From NCBI GenBank assembly GCA_000165425.1, contig CT868097.1, positions 192,867-256,866 on the forward strand: a stretch of 64,000 nt of DNA, given 5' to 3'. Position numbers and translations under genes: made by a program. Each line of letters starts with the position of its first letter. Within the stretch, counting starts at the first letter, position 1. The notes beneath the pieces were generated by a model. That model was given only the letters and a program-made list of their open reading frames with translations, did not search any database and was not told the DNA's origin. Below, in pieces: positions 54,556-64,000 of this stretch. Source of the stretch: Paramecium tetraurelia. Its lineage: Eukaryota.

Positions 54556-56115
54556 TTATTTTATCATTATAAGAATTAGGTATTATTTGTCGATTGCTTA
54601 GTATTTTTATTAATTTTATAGCAAATATGTACTTCTTTTATCATTTAAAGTATCTCAAACTCAGTAAACTCTCATATTTGTAAAACATTTTCAAAACTTC
54701 AAAAACACAGTAGGTTCCAAAGTATTATTAATTCAAAATAAATTAAATTTGGTTCAATTTTTAGACAAATTATGTATAACATTTAATAGATGAAGCTATA
54801 GATGATATAATATGTTTATTCATTTTTCTATTTTTATTTTGTGTTTTCATTATGAAGAAATAGATTTGATAAATCAATATAAAGATTTGTGTATTATGAT
54901 AGTGCATAAAGATAATTGTCTTAACTTCATTTGATTTGATTATTCTTCTTTTTTATTTGTTCTTCATGCAATTCATGAAGATATTTTACAATAAATTTAT
55001 CTCATCGAAAGAAAACTATTGAAGTAAATATTTAATATATCAATTATTAATTAGTAATAAAGTATCTGGATTTCATTTAAAAGTAATTGTAATTAGCGAC
55101 TATGATTTAAATTTGTTAACCAGAAGCAAATGATTGCTCCATAGTATTTAATTAATTAATTTAACAAAATATATATATACACATTAAGCTAAATTATATA
55201 TTACTTAAATAGTACTTATATTAGTTATTTAAAATAATCAAAAAATTTGTCCTTTTTATTAAATTACTCTATAATTTAAGCTGGTAACCATCAAAATAAC
55301 ACCCATATTGGTTTTTTAATGAAGTAATCTAAATAGATTAAAAATTGAGTTCTAATAAATATTGATCCCCTAAATATTATAAACAATATCATCTACTATA
55401 TACTTAATTTAATACTTCTTTGTTATAATTAATTTAGAAATTGAAATGAAAAATTATGATGATTTTGATTTATTATTTAAGACATAATAATAGTCAATTC
55501 TTAATTTAAATCAATAATTATATGAGTGAATGATTGGTTTACTTTTAACTTAATATTCTTATCTTAGCTTTTACTGACTATCATAATTTTCCTTATACTC
55601 TTTATGGAATACTAAAACAATTTACTCCATAATAGAATAATAAAATTAACAAACACTGCTTGTTTTGATGTATAACTATTCAATCTTCATAGGCTGCAGT
55701 CTACCTAGTTATTATTATTTGTTAAATCAGATAATATTGCATTTAATCTTAAATAAATATCTATGAATGAATACTTCAGTAGTTAAGTGTGTCCAGTAAA
55801 TAACAAACATAATTCATGATTCATCTCATCGAATGCATAAAAGTGAGAATTGTTATATTAAGCGTAGAGAGGTCTTAGCATAATTAACCCCCCTCCTAAT
55901 GAATAGTTTTTAAATAATTGGAGTAATTTTCAAATCATTTGAATAAAGGAAACTATGAAAATCAAAAGAATAGTACTTCATAATCCATTCTTTTTGATAT
56001 TTTATAAGATAGCAATATACCATCTCGTTCCAATCTAAATGATTTACTACCATATTAATAAAGATGACTAATTATTTTATCCACAAACAAATATTATTTT
56101 AATTTAATAATTTAT

Positions 56116-58475
56116 TCAAAATCTTGATTGATACAGTAAACTAACAGCCGTAGTAGCTTATTTTGATAGATGAGCCATAGATGATGGTAAGAGTGGTTAG
56201 ATTCGTTGTCTCTTCATTTCTAACATGGCAGATGATTCATTCTTAAATTAATCCAAGACACAATTTCTATCTCCTTATAGTAACTGATCGTGTTGCATTA
56301 ACCAATAAGTGTAAATGTTGGGATCTTTAAGAGTGGCACTAAAATAATAATAAGTTAAATGTTATACTCCTTCCATTTTTCAGTGTCTCTTGTCAATGTT
56401 ATTTCAATCTCATAGACATCTCCTAATTGTTTCATCAATTCTACTAATTTCTCATCTATTGTTTTGAAATTAATGCAATCACACAATAACATCATTGTAC
56501 AAGACAGCCGTTTCTTTCTGTAGAGCCAAAAGTTGCCCATCTGAAACTCTTTATCTAGTTTTGCTTTCTGCCAGAGTTCAAAACTATTCAGATGACTCTT
56601 AATGATCAAATTTTATTCATTCAACAGTGCATTCTTTAAGACTTACTCACCTATGAATTGTTGGATATTGTATTCAAAAATATGCAATAACTCAGTCAAA
56701 AGAGCAATTCCATATTTAAATTCTATTTCACCATCAGGAAAATCAATGTGTTATTGATTCAATACATAATTGAGATAGTTTCTTGTTTTCTCATAATCAA
56801 TTATTAATAAATTATAACTTAACAAATTGATCAAAATAGAAATCACTTTTAATTTAACAGTTAAACCTTTTTTAGGTAAACTCTCCGATTCCTCTTCAAT
56901 TTTAACTATATTTATAATCTTAAATAAATGTTAAAACCATGTATGGCTTTTCGACCCAAATAATTTAATTGAGATTTCTGATTTACTCAAAAAATCAACA
57001 TCAATCCTTTTGTTTGAATGACAATCAAAAACAACATGCAATTCCACTTTCTCTTAAGACCCTTCCAATTGAAATTGAGCAGAAAAAGTACACAAAGACT
57101 GATTTTTCTTCCCCTTAACCTTCCCTATTTCTTAAAACAAATGGTATGCTTTCAAAAACTCTTTGGCAGTCTCCTTTCTAAAACTACCTCTATTCTTCAT
57201 GAATAATACTGCATCCTCAACTTGATGTTCAGGCACTCCCACTGAAATAGCTATATTCTTAGCATGCAAAGACATATGCCCTTTTTGAATGCCTTCCACA
57301 GTCAATGCTCTCAAAGCTGCAAAGTTTTAGGCCAATCCAACACATGCCATAATCTCAGCTAACCTTTAGGAATCAGGATACTCTAGAATCTATAAGACTG
57401 CTTAATACAAAGGGTTTTAAGACATAACTCCTCCCTAAGTGCCAACAGATATTGGAATAGTTAGTTCTCCTATAAACTCATTTCCCTCAACCCAGTATTT
57501 CGATAATGGCTTATACTTACCATTTAAACAAGCATATCCATGCAATGACGCATTCACTGCTCTACCATCTTAGCCAGTTGCATTACAAACTGCCTCAATT
57601 CCATTTAAAATCCCTTTATTATGAGTAACTGCTCTAAAGTAGTCTAATTCAGCAAATTTATATGCATTCAAAATCATTTAGGCAACTTATTGCCCTGTAT
57701 AATTCTTATAATTCATTTTTTCAATGTTTAATCTAAATTATGAAGTGACTTTTCTGTTCAAACATAAATTTGTCAAAATCTTGATCCCCACTTGATGTCC
57801 TGTAATTTCTTCAATCAAAGGAGCCAAATGTTCCAATACTGTATTAACTATGTTGGCTCCCATACTATCGCAAACATTTATAAAAATATCTACAGAAGCT
57901 TGGCCTTCTCCCAATTATCTTAGTTTAACATCCTCAATTCCACCTCCTCTTTTTACCATATTTGCACATGCTTAATTGCCTCTGTTTATTATTGATACTT
58001 TATTTGAATCGATCAGACATTCGGCTTTTGAATAATTTTCAACATTTAGCAATTATATTTAACCCATCATAACTGGTCTAGTTGAATAAGTTTCAAATCC
58101 ATTTCCACAGTCTGCAATAGTTTTGGCTGCTGCACTTGCTGCTGCTATAACAGAGGGTTCTTCAATAGCCATTGGAATTATATAATATTGACCATTTATG
58201 AGAAAATTTAATCCCAATCCTAGAGGCATTCCAATTTTCCCTATACAATTTTCAACCATTAAATTTGCATTTTACAATGACAAACCCCCATCTTTGAAAT
58301 GTTCAACATTTACATTCTAAATTTTGTTCAATTAATCTAATCTTTATTGCAATGTCTTTTTGTAAAAGCCTGCCCACAATTATGCATACTCTAATTTTTA
58401 ATCTTTATCATCAATTTCTTAAACAATCTATTATCTAATTTAACCAATTCTCTATTGAGCTGCTCTATTATCCAT
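56116..58475 (-). CDS. class II (bacterial-type) HMG-CoA reductase fused to a ~340-aa C-terminal domain, 776 aa
   Basis: [78 protein letters not shown]; the frame stays open to TGA at 56116 with a single 29-nt intron (56339-56367); 2331 nt = 777 codons. Confidence 0.92.
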
Positions 58476-58510
58476 ATATATATTAAAATTTATTTATATT
58501 ATATTATCAT

Positions 58511-61194
58511 TCACAATCGATCAAAATTAAAAGTATTGTACATTCTTTTTCCCTAAGGAATCATCTATATTGCTGCATCCTTTACAAAACTTGAAAACGT
58601 GTATTTCTTTAATTATTCATAAATATTCCAAAATTTATTGCTTCTTTTTCTTTAACTTTTGATCCATAATTTAATTTGAGCTTCAATTTAATATTATGGC
58701 ATGTAATACTATGACTTTAATGAAATTGAATCAATATTTAGAGAAGATTTCAAACTCTTTTACAGTGTTGTCTCAATCTCTTCTATCATGTTGTATTGTT
58801 TAGGAATTAGAATTTCATCATTTGACAATACTATCCTACGTTATGATTATTTAGATTCCTGGACAATTGGTATTACCTTGAGATAAGACAATTCTAATTA
58901 ATGGATAAATTACTTTTCAGTCCTTTCCCTTAAAGATTCTAACTTATTCTTCTCTAGTTTTATCTTAAACCGTGTTAATCTGGAATTATATCTTTTTCAC
59001 TTTAGATATACTATGATGATGGAAATTGTTATTCAGAAACTACAGATTTATCATTTTGTAATTCATGATGAGATGTTAAATCTTCATTTAATTGATTCTC
59101 TTCTTAATATAGCTTCAATGATTATTCTATCATTTGATTTTAAGCTAAAGAATTGTGTTTTGATTATCTCCTGGATCTGTATCTGCTTAAGTTGAACTCC
59201 TCATTAAATGCCTCCTTTTTTAATATGCGTTCTAAATCAGGTTTAAATTGAATTAATGGACAATCGATTTCCTGATGAACATATCTGTTACAGAAACTGC
59301 ATTTGTGATCAAATAACACGAAGTTCTGCTTATAAATCATCTTGTCTTTTATGTGATGAAAGATCTCCAAATCCTTTTGATTCTGCCTGATGATATCTAA
59401 GAATTTCTTTCTGCTTATCCTATAAAGCTAACTAGCTCCTTGACTGACTGCTGTTTCTTTGGGAACAAATCCAGTGAAAAAGGAATAGTAACCTAAATAT
59501 TATGAGGTTTTTAGATTCCTCAATTTGAGTTCGGTCTACATTTCTATTTGATTTACATCTCCTTATTAAATAAAATAGCTAAATTAACGTGAATAATACA
59601 GATTATCTTCATGAACGTCTCCCTATTTATATACGATATCTCCAGGCAGAAAGGAAATCAACTCAAGGTTTTTAGCCACTTGTTGTTAAGTATATTTCGA
59701 GAAATGATTGATTATTAACTTCATTTTTTTGAGAACTCTAGTTTAAATATCATTATTTAAATCCTTCTACAAGTTATTTGGCAATAAACCAATGATATTG
59801 TCTATTTCGCTTTGATTTTCTACATTATCCGAAGTCGAATGGATTCTTATGTAATTCCTGATCCTGCCTTGTATGCTCTCATCCACTTGATTCTTATGCA
59901 TATATTGAGTTATTTAGATCAAATTCTTTCTGATTTATTTAATAATTGTTACTTATATGTTTATTTGGCATCATACAGATTTTTTAAAATAATTCCTATT
60001 GAACTCATAGTATAAGCAAAAGCATAACTAGAGAAAAACATGATAACTGATGAAATAAGCATCTCAACTTAATTCGAAGCAGATATATCACCATAACCAA
60101 CTGTTGTCATTGTCATAGTTGCCCAATAAAATGAGGCATTGTATTGGTGCCAAGATGAGTATTCTGTTAAGTTATGTTCTAGCAACCAAGATGTCCCTAA
60201 ATACTTGGTTTTGTCTCCAGTATAATGCCATACACAGGCAATGATATGAGCAAAATAGTATATTTAAATGATTAACTAAATTAGATCTAAAATGGCATTC
60301 TAACCTCCTTTCATATAGAAGTATTGAAAGTATTCAGCAAGATATCTTTCGATGTTTTGATATATCAATATAATTTCTAGTATTATTGTAATTTCCAAAA
60401 TTTCAGCGAATATCAAATCGTGTTTTAGGCAAAACCAAATAAATAGTCTCAGGAAATCCACAAATGCATTTGATTTCAAGTACTCTTTTATTATTGTCAC
60501 TCTGTTGGTAATTAAAATAGCAGAGATAAATATTCCCCTGTTGAATTGAACCAAGAAATCGATAATTTGAAAAATTAAGATGATTTATTAAATAATAGAT
60601 ATGATATCGTTTTGATAATTGTTAAATGACCCTATAAAGGGAGTTAACCATAGCATTAGAAGGTTGTTCAGAAACCCAAAAATATCCCAAATGATAATTG
60701 CGTTAGTGGAAGGTAAAAATATCGGAATCCACGATAAAGTGTCTTGAACTATCACTAATCATAAATTTATCTTACCATTTTCTTTTTTCTGGGAAGCTGA
60801 AGATTTTTCGAATAGTTAATCAGTGATCTTTATTTTCTATTAATTTCTTAAGATATATGAGTTTGTAAAGATATTGTTAATGAATCGATGAACGTGCAAC
60901 TACAATTTAAAATTCTGAATAAAATTTGATTATTTTTATGGTTAAAGAGTCTTTAGAGTTCTTAGTGGATGTTGTCCTTTCCTCCTAAATTCAGACTTCA
61001 ATAACTACAATAATTACTTTACTTTCGAAACGTGACATGTTCATCTCAAAGCTTTTATTTTCATTCATTTCCCTCAAACTTTCCTACTAAATTTCATCTT
61101 CCAACATTATCTAGGATGAGGATTCCTATTTCGAAGTGAGTTATAAAGTTAGAGAGGATGGGCCAATTCTTTACAATCTTAAATGTTATTCCAT
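58511..61194 (-). CDS. K+ channel with cyclic-nucleotide-binding domain
   Basis: IIWDIFGF, YFAHIIACVWH, pore FYWATMTMTTVGYGDISA, cNMP domain LPGDIVY...GYYSFFTG, C-terminal CSFC..HQEIDCP. Confidence 0.92.
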
Positions 61195-61297
61195 TTATCA
61201 AATTTTAATTCTTTAAAATTATACAGTACTTTTGTATGTAAAGAATTTTATCGCTTTAATATTAGATGATAGATAAGTTAAATATAATAATATAAAA

Positions 61298-63145
61298 TCA
61301 TTGTTCATCTATTAAATTTTATGTGAATTTAAGTGGTACATCCAACATTGACGAATCAAAAATTAATTCAAATTTGTTTTCGAATGAGTCATATATGAAT
61401 TTTTTTTAAGTATAAAATTAAGGAGGAGGGTAAAGAGGGTCTAACACTAGTTTGAAGAGATCTTCAATTAATTAAGGTATCAACTTCGTTAAAAGAGGAC
61501 CTGAACATTCCAAACAAGGATTAGTGTTGGTTTCGATCAGCCACACTTTAAATTTGTCATCAATCATAAAGTCTAACCCAAACAATTCAAAACTGTTTTC
61601 TTTTCGTTTAGGATCCAACTTTCCATACGTGGCTTTAAATTGGTGCAATGCTATATTCCTCATTTGATTATAAATAGTTTGATAAAAGTCGATGGGCAAG
61701 AAGTTATTAAACTCTTCAAATGAGACCTTGTTTCCTTTTTCAAATCGACCATAATCCTCCGAGTACTTTTAGACAGCATCATTAGTTAGATGAATCAACT
61801 TATTTGATAAATTCATCAAACTGAACTCCTAACTGGAAGTTCTGATATACCCATCCTTGTACCAATAGCCTTTGTGTTACCCATTGACAGAAGTAAACAA
61901 GATATAACACCTAATATCAAACTTCCTCTGATTATATAATAAGGGGTTTTCAATATATTTTTAAACTATAAAGGTTTTCTAAGCCCCATTTTTATGATGG
62001 TGGATGCTCCTCAAATACTGTTATACTTCATTGATCGTCTAAAAGATATGAATACCATGACCTCTATTAGTAAGTTCGGCTGGTTTAACTATCCAAATAG
62101 ATTAATTTTGATTTTATTGAACAAAGTTTTGGAGATCCTCTTTGTTTTTGATATGATATGTTTAAGGTAAGAAATCAAAAACATTCAATCCCTGCTGTTC
62201 ATAATACTTTTTCATATTGTAAAAGAGATTCTTCTTGCTACCTAAATGAGTATTATTTTAAATGTGATTATGCAATTTAGTATTAGCATTCACTTCAAAA
62301 AGTCTTAAGGTTTAAGAAACCTTCTATGCTTGATCGTAGGATATGATTTTGGAATTCTTCCCTGCTTTTTTTCTCAACTTTTATATTTACAGACCCAATT
62401 GATTTGGCAGTAAGTTTTAATATTAAATATCTTAGATGACTATGTTTTACTCATCATTATTATATTGCTATTAAAGGATCTCTTGATTTGATTCAGGAAT
62501 CGAATCAATATACGAGTTATTCCTCAATTATTGCCAGAGGAAGTTCACTTATTCTTTTTCCTTATCAACAATAGACCACCACCATCTTCTCTTTAAAATC
62601 CATTATACTAATTGCCCATTATTGCCCTTCCCTATATATGCCTTATAGGAGTTGATGGTAGGTTGAACATATAAATTATTAGATAGATTGATTGCATTGT
62701 AATAGGTTCTCAAATTGGCATAGTTCAGTTGAAATTAGGGATCCTAAGAATACCTTTCGTCTTCAAAATAAATTCCATTAAATTTTTATTTTACAATTTT
62801 CTTCTTCAAGGCTTTCAAAGGAAAGATGTCTGGTTGATATGAAATTTTCGGTTTTATAATCTTTTTCGGCATCTGATGCAAGGTGTTGCCAACTAGCACA
62901 CACCTTTCATCTTATTCCTTTTGTATTTTTTTTTCCTTGATTTTAAAATAAATTAAGGGAGGAAGCAGAGATTCACTCGATGAGTCAGATATTAATTCAG
63001 TTTTATTAGAATTCTTAGTGCTTGAGACTACTAATCCATAACAGGAAGGAGGATATTCAAATTCAAACTTAGGCAATTTCATTTCTCTAGGTCCAATAAA
63101 ATAATGATCTGAACTAGGACTGTGAGACGTAAAACTTTTTTTCAT
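61298..63145 (-). CDS. tubulin-tyrosine-ligase-like (TTLL) polyglycylase/polyglutamylase
   Basis: HLGSKKNLFYN, WIVKPAELTNRGHGI, QKYIENPLLY..RKFDIR, IHLTNDAVQK, FELFGLDFMIDDKFKVWLIETNTNPCL. Confidence 0.93.
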
Positions 63146-63444
63146 TGTTTTTTTAAAGTTAAAAAATAATTCTAAATAATATATTAATCTTATAATGGGC
63201 AACTATTATTTAAATTGATTATCTCTGAATAATATCAATGTTTCATTTTATTTACAATATAACACCTATTAATTTAAACTCCATTACCGAAATATATATA
63301 TTATTTCTAGAATTAGAAATTTACAGAAACAAAATTTAATATTTTACTAATTCTTAAGATTATGTAGATTCAGAGAAAATTCTAGAATTGAATTAAAATG
63401 CAAACACAAGCGAAAAGAACATGATAATAAAAAATAATATCTAA

Positions 63445-64000
63445 ATGGCCAAACCCTAAGGAGCTGGATCTATTTGGAACCCCAACAGTTGGCATTGGGA
63501 AGAAAAGAATTATACCACTATTGCAAGACAATTAATCGAATAGAAAATTAAGGCAATCAAAGTTGAATCTGGAGACATCATCTTGACCAATATAGAACTC
63601 AAGTCCATCAGTGGAGACGTACTTGTTCGTTATGACTTTAGGCTTAAGTCAACATTCGAAAAGGAAAGTAAGTACTAGTCTATGATTTCGATATTGAAGT
63701 GGAATGGAGAGGTAATTTGATTAAACTAAGTTTAAAGGCTCAAATGAAAGTGATGAAGCAGAAGGAACTTATAAGATTAAAGATCTAAATTCCTTAGATA
63801 ATGATTTTGAATTGATTCATATCAATAGCAGATCCAAAACTAAAATCTCAGACAAATGCAAGGACATGGTTAAGAGAGACATGCACATGAAGTTAAAAGA
63901 GTCTTTCAAAACTTTGATGTAAGAAATAGGTCAATTTGAATCTGACCCTGAAAAATTGTATAAATTTATTATAATATTTGTAGAAAGAAAGATCAAGAAG
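63445..64000 (+). CDS. AHA1: activator of Hsp90 ATPase (Aha1/Hch1 N-terminal domain), runs off the right edge
   Basis: MAKPQGAGSIWNPNSWHWEEKN...ISGD..VNIRKGKQVLVYDFDIEVEW; short introns. Confidence 0.88.

Overview
AT-rich, extremely gene-dense eukaryotic DNA that reads cleanly only with the ciliate nuclear code (TAA/TAG=Gln, TGA=stop) and has tiny 20-30 nt GT..AG introns. This points to a Paramecium-type macronuclear chromosome (inferred from code and intron size), and it explains why the supplied standard-code ORF track is fragmented. I read about 35 protein genes or relics by hand; ends are manual translations and some are approximate. They include PEX11, NIP7, a GAF protein, an LCAT/PLA2G15-like lipase, an arrestin-domain protein, Sec14, two cNMP-binding K+ channels, a P-type-ATPase-guanylyl-cyclase fusion, an LRR protein, a TTLL enzyme and Aha1. 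Three highlights: (1) a bacterial-type class II HMG-CoA reductase continues in frame into a ~340-aa C-terminal domain with isoprenoid-synthase-like motifs and carries a PTS2-like N-terminus; (2) a ~425-nt RNase MRP RNA gene lies on the minus strand at ~40808-41232; (3) a decayed non-LTR-retrotransposon-like relic with apparently two tandem APE-type endonuclease domains sits inside a ~5 kb pseudogene-rich island next to an assembly gap.
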